Virus record (IMG/VR): IMGVR_UViG_3300042350_000102
Location: 1 to 27,009 of that record
DNA: 27,009 nucleotides
Reading direction: 5' to 3' (one strand)
Source of the DNA: a virus
Lineage: Duplodnaviria; Caudoviricetes
Shown: one piece after another, positions 1 through 8,394 of the stretch
How positions within the stretch are numbered: the stretch's first letter is position 1
Layout of the letters: each line of letters begins with the position of its first letter
Translations under genes and position numbers: made by a program
Notes under the pieces: model-generated
The model's database searches: none
The model's input: only the letters and a program-made list of their open reading frames with translations
What the model was told of the DNA's origin: nothing

Positions 1-806
1 CTAGTCAAGGTCAGCTTAACTTGGCACGACAAAAATTTGCATGGGAACAAGCTAACCCAGGCTTTGAACTTAAAGAAGCTGAAGACGGCTCAATTGTTGG
101 TGTCAACAAACGCACATTGCAAGCCTTCCCAGTATCTATTGGCGGGGCTGCACCAGCTGTTGCGCCAATGGCCGCGCCAGCTGCGTCTGGTATGCCAGGC
201 GCTAGAGTTCAAGCAATCCCTGGCATGACTAGCGTGTTAGATCAGCAAGCCCCTGCAACAGCGCCTATGGCTGGAACGCCATTGCGCGGCAAAGGCACTG
301 CACTGACCGAATCGCAAGGCAACGCCACGGCTTACGGCATGAGGATGAGAGAAGCCAATGCCATTTTGGAGCCATTAGAAAACGCAGGGAAAACAAATAC
401 TGGTTTGATCAAAGGCGCAGTTAGCGGGGCCGTGGGGCTTGTGCCATTTATTGGCGACAAACTTGAAGATGTGTCTGGCTCTATCTTTAATGCACTGCCG
501 CGAGTGCTGGGTGGTCTTAGCCCAGAGCAACAACAAGTGGCTCAAGCAAGGATCAATTTTATCACGGCCATTTTGCGGAAAGAATCTGGCGCTGCAATTG
601 GTGCAAGTGAATTTGCGACTGCGGAGAAGAATTACTTTCCCAAGCCTGGTGATGACGCTGCCACAATTGCGCAAAAGCAAGCGGCTCGGAAGACTGCAAT
701 TAAGGCAATGGAAATTCAAGCAGGGCCAGGCGCCAAGCAAATGGGCGGTGCTGGCGTTTTACCAGGCGCAACCGCAAACAATCCTTTGGGCTTACCAGGA
801 CTTTAA
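1..806 (+). CDS. Putative DNA ejection/internal virion protein (5'-truncated)
   Basis: The frame is open from the window edge, so the TTG at 21 is probably internal. Ala/Gly/Gln-rich, with a C-terminal segment (NFITAILRKESGAAIG..E..YFP.PGD) typical of podovirus ejection proteins. Lies just before the lysis genes. Confidence 0.6.
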   Translation, partial: SQGQLNLARQKFAWEQANPGFELKEAEDGSIVGVNKRTLQAFPVSIGGAAPAVAPMAAPAASGMPGARVQAIPGMTSVLDQQAPATAPMAGTPLRGKGTALTESQGNATAYGMRMREANAILEPLENAGKTNTGLIKGAVSGAVGLVPFIGDKLEDVSGSIFNALPRVLGGLSPEQQQVAQARINFITAILRKESGAAIGASEFATAEKNYFPKPGDDAATIAQKQAARKTAIKAMEIQAGPGAKQMGGAGVLPGATANNPLGLPGL

Positions 807-808
807 TC

Positions 809-2701
809 ATGGCAACACTTGCAGAGTTCCGCGCACAGTATCCGCAATACGATGCCGTGCCAGATGTCAAGCTGGCCGACTCGTTGCATCAAAAGTTTTA
901 CAGCCAGATTCCCAAAATGGAGTTTTACAAGACCATTGGGTTGGGTTCGGCTGCGGCAATACCTGGCGCTGAGAATGTTGTGACTGGTGTTAAACAGCCA
1001 GAAGTGTCAATGCGTGACCGCATCATGGGCGTTATTGAAACGCCTTTGGCACTTGGCGCTACATTGGGCGGCGGGTTAATTTCTCCAATTGTTGGCGTTG
1101 TTGGTTCACTGACTAGCGGCAAATACGGCACACAAGAAGGTGTTCGTGCTGGCCAAGAAGCCATGAAGGCTGTGCAATATCAGCCACGCACACAGACGGC
1201 CAGAGAAGCCTTGGGCGCTGTTGGTGAGTTCTTGCAGCCAGTTACTGGCGCTTTGCCCCCAACCCTCGGCTCTGTTGGTACAAGCATTAACGCTTTGGCG
1301 CCCGCCGCCATGATGCAGGCTGGTGCTGTTACTCGTCCTATTGCAAGACAAGTAACAACGCCAGTGCAAAATGCTTTGGCCAACGTGATGACACGCGAAC
1401 AACAGCCAAGCATGGTTGGCATGGGCGCGGCTAGTACTGATGAAGCCTTAAAGCGCCAGCAACGGTTGGAACAATTTGGCATTCGTGCAACAGCTGGTGA
1501 GCGTGAAAAGAACTTGGCCAAACAACAATTTGAATCTGAAGTTCAACGTGGCGTAATAACTGGCATTTCTGACGAAGCCAAATCCAAGCTGCAAGAACAA
1601 ATGAAACTTTTTGAAGCTGGTAAACAAAAAGATATTGTTAGAAATTTTGAGCGTATGACTGAAGAAGTTGGCGCTGAAATAGCTGATCCAGAAAATATCC
1701 GTGCTGTCGGCAAACTTGTTGACAAAACGCTCAATGATGAGTACACAAAAAAGTACAACGCATACAAATCGTTGTATGCACAAGCAGATAATGCTGGCGA
1801 AACTTTGCAACAAGTGCCATACAAAAATCTACTTGATTTTATTGAAACCAAAACACCAACACAACGCAAAACATTAGACCCAATTTTGGATTCTGTGGCT
1901 GAGTCATTGAGAATGAATGACCCGCAAGGCACTGGCACAATTTCTGTCCGTGCGCTTGAAGACATCTATCAACAGATTGGCACAGTCAAAGACTCGGCAA
2001 GCGCCAAGCCTATGAAAAACATCATTACCCAAATGGGTGAAGGTGCTGGCGGTGAGTTGTACCAAAAAGCACGCGCTGCCAGAGCGCAGTTGGCCAAAGA
2101 GTTTGAAGATGTCAGGCGTGTAGACAAGTTGCTTGGAACAAAAGCTGGTTACGTTGACCGCCAAGTGGCACTAGATGATGTATTTAAATATGTGGTACTT
2201 GACGGTTCATTAGAAGAAATGCGCACGGTCACAAAGCTACTTAAAAAAGGTGGCAAAGAAGGTGAACAGGCTTATGCAGAATTAAAAGGCCAGACCATTC
2301 AACATATGAAAGACATGTTGATTAAAAGCGATCAACCGTCTTTTAGAAACCTTAACACGCTTGTTAATCAACTTGATGCCGAAGACAAACTGGTTTACAT
2401 GTTTGGAAAAAAAGGCCGCGATGAAATTATGGATTTGCGTGATGCAATTAAAGATGTGTTGGTCAAAGAGCCTGGTGCTGTAAATTACAGCAACACTTCT
2501 GGCGCTGTCTTGCGTGGCCTTGAAGCTTTACAAGCTTTAAGATTCCCTGGGGCTAAATCGGCTGCTGAACTTGCCCGTACTAGTGAAGTAACTGGCAAAG
2601 TCAAAGAAGCTCTTCAACAACCAAACCAATTGGCGCCTGCACAACGCAACAAAAACGCACTGCGCATTGACTTGACTGGCATGGCCAATGGAAAAGAATG
2701 A
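809..2701 (+). CDS. Putative DNA transfer/ejection protein, 630 aa
   Basis: Long ORF with a Gly/Ala-rich hydrophobic N-half and a helical charged C-half. Last large gene before the lysis cassette, as in P22-like phages. Function inferred from position and composition. Confidence 0.6.
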   Translation: MATLAEFRAQYPQYDAVPDVKLADSLHQKFYSQIPKMEFYKTIGLGSAAAIPGAENVVTGVKQPEVSMRDRIMGVIETPLALGATLGGGLISPIVGVVGSLTSGKYGTQEGVRAGQEAMKAVQYQPRTQTAREALGAVGEFLQPVTGALPPTLGSVGTSINALAPAAMMQAGAVTRPIARQVTTPVQNALANVMTREQQPSMVGMGAASTDEALKRQQRLEQFGIRATAGEREKNLAKQQFESEVQRGVITGISDEAKSKLQEQMKLFEAGKQKDIVRNFERMTEEVGAEIADPENIRAVGKLVDKTLNDEYTKKYNAYKSLYAQADNAGETLQQVPYKNLLDFIETKTPTQRKTLDPILDSVAESLRMNDPQGTGTISVRALEDIYQQIGTVKDSASAKPMKNIITQMGEGAGGELYQKARAARAQLAKEFEDVRRVDKLLGTKAGYVDRQVALDDVFKYVVLDGSLEEMRTVTKLLKKGGKEGEQAYAELKGQTIQHMKDMLIKSDQPSFRNLNTLVNQLDAEDKLVYMFGKKGRDEIMDLRDAIKDVLVKEPGAVNYSNTSGAVLRGLEALQALRFPGAKSAAELARTSEVTGKVKEALQQPNQLAPAQRNKNALRIDLTGMANGKE

Positions 2702-2922
2702 TGGACTACCAAGTTTTATTCAACATTGCCGTGGCCATTGCTGGCTTCTTTGGTGGTTGGACACTGAACCGCATCTATCAGGCCATTGACCGGCTTGATG
2801 GCGATGTGCGTGGTATGCCTTTGAACTACGTCACACGCGATGACTATCGCAACGACATAAAAGACGTTCGGGAAATGCTCGGTAAGATTTTTGACAAACT
2901 GGATGGTAAAGTTGACAAATGA
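2698..2922 (+). CDS. Small membrane protein (N-terminal TM plus coiled coil), lysis-cassette associated
   Basis: Hydrophobic VLFNIAVAIAGFFGGWTL followed by a heptad-like tail. ATGA overlaps on both sides. Confidence 0.7.
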   Translation: MMDYQVLFNIAVAIAGFFGGWTLNRIYQAIDRLDGDVRGMPLNYVTRDDYRNDIKDVREMLGKIFDKLDGKVDK

Positions 2923-3416
2923 TCATCGATCCCATCACGGCGCTTGCGGGACTACAAAGCGCAATTAGCGTAGTCAAGAAAGCCAGCAAGGTTGCAAATG
3001 ACCTAGCTGGCTTGGCCCCGTCTATCGCCAAGATGTTTGACGCCAAGAGCGTGGCTACCAGAGCTATGGTAGAAGCCAAACGATCTGGCAACAAATCAAA
3101 CTTAGGTACTGCACTACAAATCGAGATGGCGCTTGATGAGGCGAAGCGGTTTGAGGCTGAATTGATGCTCTTATTCCAGGCTACAGGCCGTGCAGACGTG
3201 TGGACTAAGATTAAGCAACGCCAGCAGCAAATGGACATTGAAGATGCTCATTTAGCCAGACAAGCCAAAGAAGAAGAAAAGAAACGCAAAGAAGAAGAAG
3301 AAGAATACATGGCATGGGCGGTTGGTGTTGTTGTGATCGTTATGCTCTTGGGCGCAGTTGGTTGGGGCATTGCTGAGATACAAGATTTTTGTGCCAAAAC
3401 AAGGTGTGGTAGGTGA
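2919..3416 (+). CDS. Hypothetical membrane protein with C-terminal TM
   Basis: 165 aa. Charged coiled coil (KEEEKKRKEEEEE) followed by hydrophobic WAVGVVVIVMLLGAVGWGI. Translationally coupled to its neighbours. Confidence 0.75.
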   Translation: MIIDPITALAGLQSAISVVKKASKVANDLAGLAPSIAKMFDAKSVATRAMVEAKRSGNKSNLGTALQIEMALDEAKRFEAELMLLFQATGRADVWTKIKQRQQQMDIEDAHLARQAKEEEKKRKEEEEEYMAWAVGVVVIVMLLGAVGWGIAEIQDFCAKTRCGR

Positions 3417-3562
3417 ATGAGTACCAGAAACAGTTTGATTTGTTTCTCAAAGTGTTCGTCAGGCTGTGCGTGGCTTGGTATGTCGTTGGTTTTCTGCGCT
3501 TTCTGCCTGATGAGCTGGCCGACAAGGTTGTGAATAAACTACTTGGAATGATTGGACTATGA
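3413..3562 (+). CDS. Small hydrophobic protein, 49 aa (absent from the ORF track)
   Basis: Translated by hand: MNEYQKQFDLFLKVFVRLCVAWYVVGFLRFLPDELADKVVNKLLGMIGL. GTGA overlap upstream and ATGA overlap downstream fill the gap exactly. Confidence 0.7.
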   Translation: MNEYQKQFDLFLKVFVRLCVAWYVVGFLRFLPDELADKVVNKLLGMIGL

Positions 3563-4170
3563 GCGAAGAAAAGCCAGCAGATGTACTAAGCAAGGTGCTG
3601 TCTTATGTGGATAGCCCATTTAAGCTGTTTGCACTGATCCTTATGGCGGTGTTTGCGTTCTCTGGTTACTTTGTTTGGCAAAACCAAGAACTGCTGATGG
3701 GCGCATACAAAGAATCCAAGAAGATGCCAAGCATTGTTGAGGACAGGGTTGAAGACGCTGCGGCACACTTATTCAAAACCACCAACGCCACCATTGTGGC
3801 CGTGTTTAAAGTAAACCCCATGTTTGGAACCAGAGTGCTGTACCGAGCTTACACCAAAGAAGGCCGAGACAAAACCAATGATGGGCTTGATGTTGGATTA
3901 TTTACCCAGAACGCAGCCAACAATGCTGATGTGGTAAAGCTGATGGCAAGTGAGATTCCTTGTGGAGAGTACAAGTCAGCGCAATCTGAAATGGGCTTGT
4001 GGTATATCGCCAAAGGAGTTGCCTACACTTGCCGGATTAGCATCCCACCTGATCCAAGCCGGTTTGTTGGCCAAATTACTGTGGGCTGGGATAATGAACC
4101 CACCGACATTCAGGTGACAAGAACCATGATGGAAATTGCAGCAACCATGCTTTCAAGGAGCAAACAATGA
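3559..4170 (+). CDS. Single-TM protein with a GAF-like C-terminal domain; resembles T4 holin T
   Basis: TM at about aa 23-41, then a soluble domain with two Cys ending YTCRISIPP..FVGQITVGW..MMEIAATMLSRSK, a GAF-type strand-strand-helix pattern. Located in the lysis cassette. Confidence 0.55.
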   Translation: MSEEKPADVLSKVLSYVDSPFKLFALILMAVFAFSGYFVWQNQELLMGAYKESKKMPSIVEDRVEDAAAHLFKTTNATIVAVFKVNPMFGTRVLYRAYTKEGRDKTNDGLDVGLFTQNAANNADVVKLMASEIPCGEYKSAQSEMGLWYIAKGVAYTCRISIPPDPSRFVGQITVGWDNEPTDIQVTRTMMEIAATMLSRSKQ

Positions 4171-4574
4171 TTGGACTAGACGCACTTCTAAACGTGGGCG
4201 GCAAGCTCATTGACAAATTGATTCCAGACCCAGAGGCCAAAGCCAAGGCACAACTAGAACTTTCTAAAATGGCACAAGACGGTGAGCTGGCAAAGATGGC
4301 CAACGAAACCAAACTGTACGAGACTGAGCAAAACAACCTCACACAGCGCGTTCAGGCCGACATGGCATCTGACTCTTGGCTGTCTAAAAATATACGCCCT
4401 ATGACGCTTATATTCCTTTTGGTAGCCTATTCTGGCTTTGCCATTGCATCGATCTTTGAATACGAAACCCGTGGCGCCTATGTTGAGCTGCTTGGCCAGT
4501 GGGGAATGCTCGTTATGTCGTTTTACTTCGGTGGCCGCACCATGGAAAAAATTGCAGACAGGATTAAGAAATGA
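4167..4574 (+). CDS. Holin, 3TM gene-transfer-agent type
   Basis: GKLIDKLIPDPEAKAKAQLEL N-terminus, SDSWLSKNIRP and FYFGGRTMEK motifs, hydrophobic helices. Immediately upstream of the endolysin. Confidence 0.8.
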   Translation: MIGLDALLNVGGKLIDKLIPDPEAKAKAQLELSKMAQDGELAKMANETKLYETEQNNLTQRVQADMASDSWLSKNIRPMTLIFLLVAYSGFAIASIFEYETRGAYVELLGQWGMLVMSFYFGGRTMEKIADRIKK

Positions 4575-4999
4575 ACTTGACCGATCACTTTACTTTAGAA
4601 GAACTCACGCACACAGACCACCGTGCGCTAGATAACACACCAAACGATGCTGAACTTGAGAACATTAAACGCCTGGCTGAATTCCTTGAAGAACTTAAAA
4701 CCGTCTTGGGTGGCAAGCCCATCATGGTTAATTCAGCTTTCCGATCAAAAGCTGTCAATGACGCTGTGGGCAGTAAAGATACTTCTCAGCATCGGATCGG
4801 CTGTGCTGCTGACATTCGTGTACCCGCTATGACGCCAGACCAAGTGGTCAGGGCAATCATTGCTTCAGACCTTGAGTTTGACCAGGTAATCCGCGAGTTT
4901 GACCGCTGGACGCATGTGAGCATACCCAATACGCCAGAGGCCAAACCACGCAAGCAAAAGCTGATCATTGACAAGGCTGGCACTAGGGCGTTTGTTTAG
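4571..4999 (+). CDS. Endolysin, peptidase M15A family
   Basis: LTDHFTLEEL start, SAFRS, SQHRIGCAAD (H-x6-D) and WTHVS zinc-ligand motifs. Confidence 0.9.
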   Translation: MNLTDHFTLEELTHTDHRALDNTPNDAELENIKRLAEFLEELKTVLGGKPIMVNSAFRSKAVNDAVGSKDTSQHRIGCAADIRVPAMTPDQVVRAIIASDLEFDQVIREFDRWTHVSIPNTPEAKPRKQKLIIDKAGTRAFV

Positions 5000-5150
5000 T
5001 CACAGCGCGGTAAGCCTCAATGGCCGTCTTTAAGTCACACTGTAAGTGCTGAATGCGGTCATCTTGCTCACACAACTTGGCGTAGGCTTCTTCGGCAAAC
5101 TTGGCCAAGTTAGCCTGGCTCCATGTAGAAAAGTCTGGTTTGTTACTCAC
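4983..5150 (-). CDS. Hypothetical protein, 55 aa (absent from the ORF track)
   Basis: MSNKPDFSTWSQANLAKFAEEAYAKLCEQDDRIQHLQCDLKTAIEAYRAVTKQTP. GTGA overlap with the upstream gene and an AGGAGA RBS. Confidence 0.65.
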   Translation of the reverse strand: MSNKPDFSTWSQANLAKFAEEAYAKLCEQDDRIQHLQCDLKTAIEAYRAVTKQTP

Positions 5151-5776
5151 GTTCTCTCCTTGATGTCATAGAACCAGTCGTCACCGGCAGACCACTTGCG
5201 CGTGCCGTCTACTGTCCACAGGCGCTGCGCCGCTTGGAAGTCAGGGAACTTTGTCTCGCTTGGTATCAGGCTCTGGTCATACCACAGGCATCGATTGTTT
5301 GGCTGGCAGGCAAACTGGCCATTGTCTAGCGCAATCCAATTAAACGACTTGTGTTCTTCGGCCTGCTCAGTAAAGCCCGTGTCTAAGTCCATGCCCTCGG
5401 CGCAGAAGTCCACCGTGAACAAGTAGCGCCCAAAGTGCCACTCTTTGTCTTTGCCGAGGAACTTGACGCCAAGGTTACGCAAGCCGATCTTCTCAATGAT
5501 TGTGAAGCGGTAGCCCATGCAATCCCACAGTTGCAACGTGTCAATCGGCAGATTGCCAGCGTCTTTGTGCCAGACGTAGGCGTGGATGGGCAGCTTGTCG
5601 TACAGGGCGCCGTAGTTGGGCAACAGCGACTCAATGCGAAACACTTGGCCACGCAAGGCTTTGAGGCTAACCCAGATGGCAGGCTCCAGTTCGCCGTGGC
5701 CCTTGTGGTCGTTGTACAAAAACTCGCGCTTAACAAAGCACTTCATGGGCGGCAGTGATGCCACGATATAACTCAT
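5147..5776 (-). CDS. Hypothetical phage protein, 209 aa
   Basis: AAGGAA RBS. Aromatic-rich globular sequence (LQLWDC, EEHKS, QPNNR) resembling a recurrent aquatic-phage family of unknown function. Confidence 0.8.
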   Translation of the reverse strand: MSYIVASLPPMKCFVKREFLYNDHKGHGELEPAIWVSLKALRGQVFRIESLLPNYGALYDKLPIHAYVWHKDAGNLPIDTLQLWDCMGYRFTIIEKIGLRNLGVKFLGKDKEWHFGRYLFTVDFCAEGMDLDTGFTEQAEEHKSFNWIALDNGQFACQPNNRCLWYDQSLIPSETKFPDFQAAQRLWTVDGTRKWSAGDDWFYDIKERT

Positions 5777-5785
5777 GTGTTTTCC

Positions 5786-5977
5786 TTAGTCATTGATTTC
5801 TTTCTTTGAAGGTGCGTCTAATTCGAGGCGGTAATACTTGGCGGGCATCTTGGCGTTCTTGTCCAGTTGTTTGCGTAGCCAGTCAATGCCGCCAAGTTCT
5901 TGGAAGATCATCATGTGACGATCTGTGAGCCTGATCTGGCGGCCTTTAAGGGGTTCCGGTGGTTTTGGGCGTGGCAT
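5786..5977 (-). CDS. Small basic protein, possible ribbon-helix-helix DNA binder
   Basis: Start moved to ATG 5977 (MPRPKPPEPLKGRQIRLTD..LGGIDWLR). Strand-helix-helix pattern. Confidence 0.6.
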   Translation of the reverse strand: MPRPKPPEPLKGRQIRLTDRHMMIFQELGGIDWLRKQLDKNAKMPAKYYRLELDAPSKKEIND

Positions 5978-6200
5978 GTTTTGTCTTTGTAAGTGCTTCA
6001 TGTAAGCCGGCCAAGCCGCCAACGTGCTGGCCATCAATAAAGATTTGCGGCATCTGGCGTGAGCTTTCTGGCAGATCACTAAGCAATGCAGGGTTTGACT
6101 CGATGTCAATCTCAACATACCTAATGTTTTCAGCCCTCAAAATCATCTTGGCTGTTACGCAGTTAGGGCATTTGTTCTTGGTGTAAATTAAGATTTCCAT
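5946..6200 (-). CDS. Glutaredoxin
   Basis: IYTK..CPNC active site and MPQIFIDGQHVGG motif. Confidence 0.9.
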   Translation of the reverse strand: MEILIYTKNKCPNCVTAKMILRAENIRYVEIDIESNPALLSDLPESSRQMPQIFIDGQHVGGLAGLHEALTKTKHATPKTTGTP

Positions 6201-6439
6201 TATGTTTTCATTTCTCGAATAATTTGAGCAGGCTCATGTGGTTCATAAAATCCATTGCCGTTGTTACGGGCATCAAACGTTTTGGCTATTTCTTCTAGCA
6301 CTTGGTTGCGCTGTGAGGGCGATACATACATATCAAAGTGATATGGCTGTCCTAAGTCACGCAGTATTTGCTTGCCAAGGTTGCTGTTCTTTTCAACATC
6401 GTTGAACGCTTCGTCTTCTTCTTTCGTCCAGTCAGTCAT
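6200..6439 (-). CDS. Hypothetical protein, 79 aa
   Basis: AGGAGA RBS. Stop overlaps the glutaredoxin start. C-terminus is similar to ORF 11657-11878. Confidence 0.75.
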   Translation of the reverse strand: MTDWTKEEDEAFNDVEKNSNLGKQILRDLGQPYHFDMYVSPSQRNQVLEEIAKTFDARNNGNGFYEPHEPAQIIREMKT

Positions 6440-6448
6440 GCTTGTCTC

Positions 6449-6649
6449 CTAAAAAGGTATTTGATCCCATTCCCAATGCTCGCACTCAACCGTGCCGGTA
6501 ATCCACTCTAGCGGTGGTTTAGCGCCAAACTGCTTACACATTCCAACTGCAAAGTTGTTGCACTGTTGGCAATTTACTTGTATCGAATTTACTTGCTTGA
6601 CCTGGCTGTCCAGATGCCTCTTGATGGCGTTCAGTTCTATCAAATTCAT
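6449..6649 (-). CDS. Small Cys-rich protein (possible metal binder)
   Basis: CQQC..C..C pattern and a QIPF C-terminus. In operon orientation. Confidence 0.65.
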   Translation of the reverse strand: MNLIELNAIKRHLDSQVKQVNSIQVNCQQCNNFAVGMCKQFGAKPPLEWITGTVECEHWEWDQIPF

Positions 6650-8249
6650 AATCTTTTACCTCTGTATATTTTCCGTTTTTGCGGGTTGCAATTCTGACTG
6701 GCTCACTAATTTTTCGTCCTTGCAAATAGTCAAGCGCCATCTGAGTGCCAGACGGCATGACCATCTTGTCGCGCTTTAGCCACCAGTCCTGTGCCTTTTG
6801 CTTGGGGTAGCCAACGTGGTTAAAGCACACCCACTCGCTGGCCACGCGCAGCAGGCCGCTGTAGTAGTCAACCCTCATGCTGTCAGGCTTGCCTTCTTTC
6901 CTGTGCATGGCGTAACCAACCTTGGTGATGTCGTGCCACACTAGCTCGGCCATGGCGGTCTGACTTGACAAGAGAGCTGCATAAGACACCTTGGCGTCCA
7001 TTGGCTTGGCTTCTTCTTCCCTGATCGTGCCACCGCAATGCACACACACCATGGCTGCTGGCAAGTTGCGCTCACCGCAGTCGGGGCAGATGCTGTAGGG
7101 CGCCTCTTGTGTGCCTGACTTCTTCTTGGCTTTGCCTTGGATCGTGTCCACCGGCCCCAAGCGCTCCACGGTGTCGGTAAAGTCAAGCACCAAGCAGTCT
7201 GTCTTGCCGTCTGCAATGCGAGTGCCTCGGCCCATGCCCTGCACATAAAGCACCGGCGACTTGGTGGGCCTGCACCAGACAATGCAGTCCACATCTGGCA
7301 CATCAAAGCCAACTGACAGCGCCAGCACAGTGACCAAGCAGTGAATCTGATGGCTCTTAAACTGGCGAATCAAGTCTTCGCGCTCTTGCTTTGGTGTCTC
7401 ACCGCACACAACAGCGCTCACAATGCCAAGTTCATTTAGCTTGTCTGCAAGGCTTTCAGCGTTATCGACACTCGGTGTGAAGGCGATCCATTTCTTGCGC
7501 TCTGAGGCGATTCTGGTGGCTTCTGTGGCCACTTTGGCAAGGTATTTCTCAACCTCGCGGGATAGTTCACCAACCTTGTAGTCACCGTTTGAGATGCCAA
7601 CATGGCTGGCATCAATGCGGGTGCTGATTCTCTCAGCTGGTGGAACTAACGGCGCAATAAACTTCTGCTCAAGCAGCTCACCCATGGACACTCGGCTTGC
7701 GATGCCAGTAAACAAGGGATCGTCACCGTCAGTCAGCCAAACCTGATTGCCCCTGAACGGCGTGGCCGTCATGCCAACTATGCGAAATTTGCATAACTCT
7801 CCGAGTTTAGACAAAAAGGTGCGGTACATGCCTGCGTCCCCTGCCTTCTGGCTCACTAGGTGAGCCTCATCGATCACCACGGCCTTGATGTTGCCAAGCA
7901 AATGCGCGGCCTTGTGGATGCTGCCAATGGTGGCCACAATCACATCGGCGTTGTACTTCTTTGTGCCCAGGCTGGCGCTGACAAAACCCACGCTGATGGT
8001 GTGTGGCAATAAGGCTCTGAGCTTGGCCGCATTCTGTTCGGCCAGTTCCTTGGAAGGAACCAGCACCACAGTGCGCGGGTGAAAGTCTGGCCACTGCTCC
8101 CACATCTGGCGCACAATCTCAGCGCAGATCACCGACTTGCCGGCGGCGGTTGGCAACACCAAAAGAGGGATGTCGGCCTCCTCGGTGTGTTTTGTCCACC
8201 AAGCAAACAAGTCAGACACTGCGCGGGATTGGTACTCACGCAATTTCAC
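6534..8249 (-). CDS. Superfamily 2 (DEAH) helicase, RadD/YejH-like, with Zn ribbon
   Basis: LREYQ, PTAAGKS, DEAH, TAT, QGMGRGTR and CPDC..CVHC motifs. GTG at 8249 follows a GAGGAG RBS. Confidence 0.92.
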   Translation of the reverse strand: MKLREYQSRAVSDLFAWWTKHTEEADIPLLVLPTAAGKSVICAEIVRQMWEQWPDFHPRTVVLVPSKELAEQNAAKLRALLPHTISVGFVSASLGTKKYNADVIVATIGSIHKAAHLLGNIKAVVIDEAHLVSQKAGDAGMYRTFLSKLGELCKFRIVGMTATPFRGNQVWLTDGDDPLFTGIASRVSMGELLEQKFIAPLVPPAERISTRIDASHVGISNGDYKVGELSREVEKYLAKVATEATRIASERKKWIAFTPSVDNAESLADKLNELGIVSAVVCGETPKQEREDLIRQFKSHQIHCLVTVLALSVGFDVPDVDCIVWCRPTKSPVLYVQGMGRGTRIADGKTDCLVLDFTDTVERLGPVDTIQGKAKKKSGTQEAPYSICPDCGERNLPAAMVCVHCGGTIREEEAKPMDAKVSYAALLSSQTAMAELVWHDITKVGYAMHRKEGKPDSMRVDYYSGLLRVASEWVCFNHVGYPKQKAQDWWLKRDKMVMPSGTQMALDYLQGRKISEPVRIATRKNGKYTEVKDYEFDRTERHQEASGQPGQASKFDTSKLPTVQQLCSWNV

Positions 8250-8394
8250 GGCTGCGCTCCTCAATCATTTTGTCGGCAATGGCGTAGGCATTTTCCACAG
8301 CTGTCTTTCTGTCGCCATTGGCCAACAAGCCAGTTAAGGCTGCGGCGGCCAGATAGTCTCTGAGGGTAATGTCTTGGATCGGTGGGGTGTTCAT
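8236..8394 (-). CDS. Small phage protein of the 'TLRDYFAA..AY..AD.M' type, 52 aa (absent from the ORF track)
   Basis: MNTPPIQDITLRDYLAAAALTGLLANGDRKTAVENAYAIADKMIEERSREIA. ATGA overlap with the nuclease stop. Confidence 0.75.
   Translation of the reverse strand: MNTPPIQDITLRDYLAAAALTGLLANGDRKTAVENAYAIADKMIEERSREIA

Noticed and set aside
4983-4999. Terminator at the convergence of the lysis and early operons
   Set aside because: The two ORFs overlap by 17 nt and no hairpin with a U-tract is visible.
6534-6649. 116-nt overlap of the helicase tail with the next gene as a programmed recoding event
   Set aside because: No slippery site seen. Most simply a non-conserved C-terminal extension.
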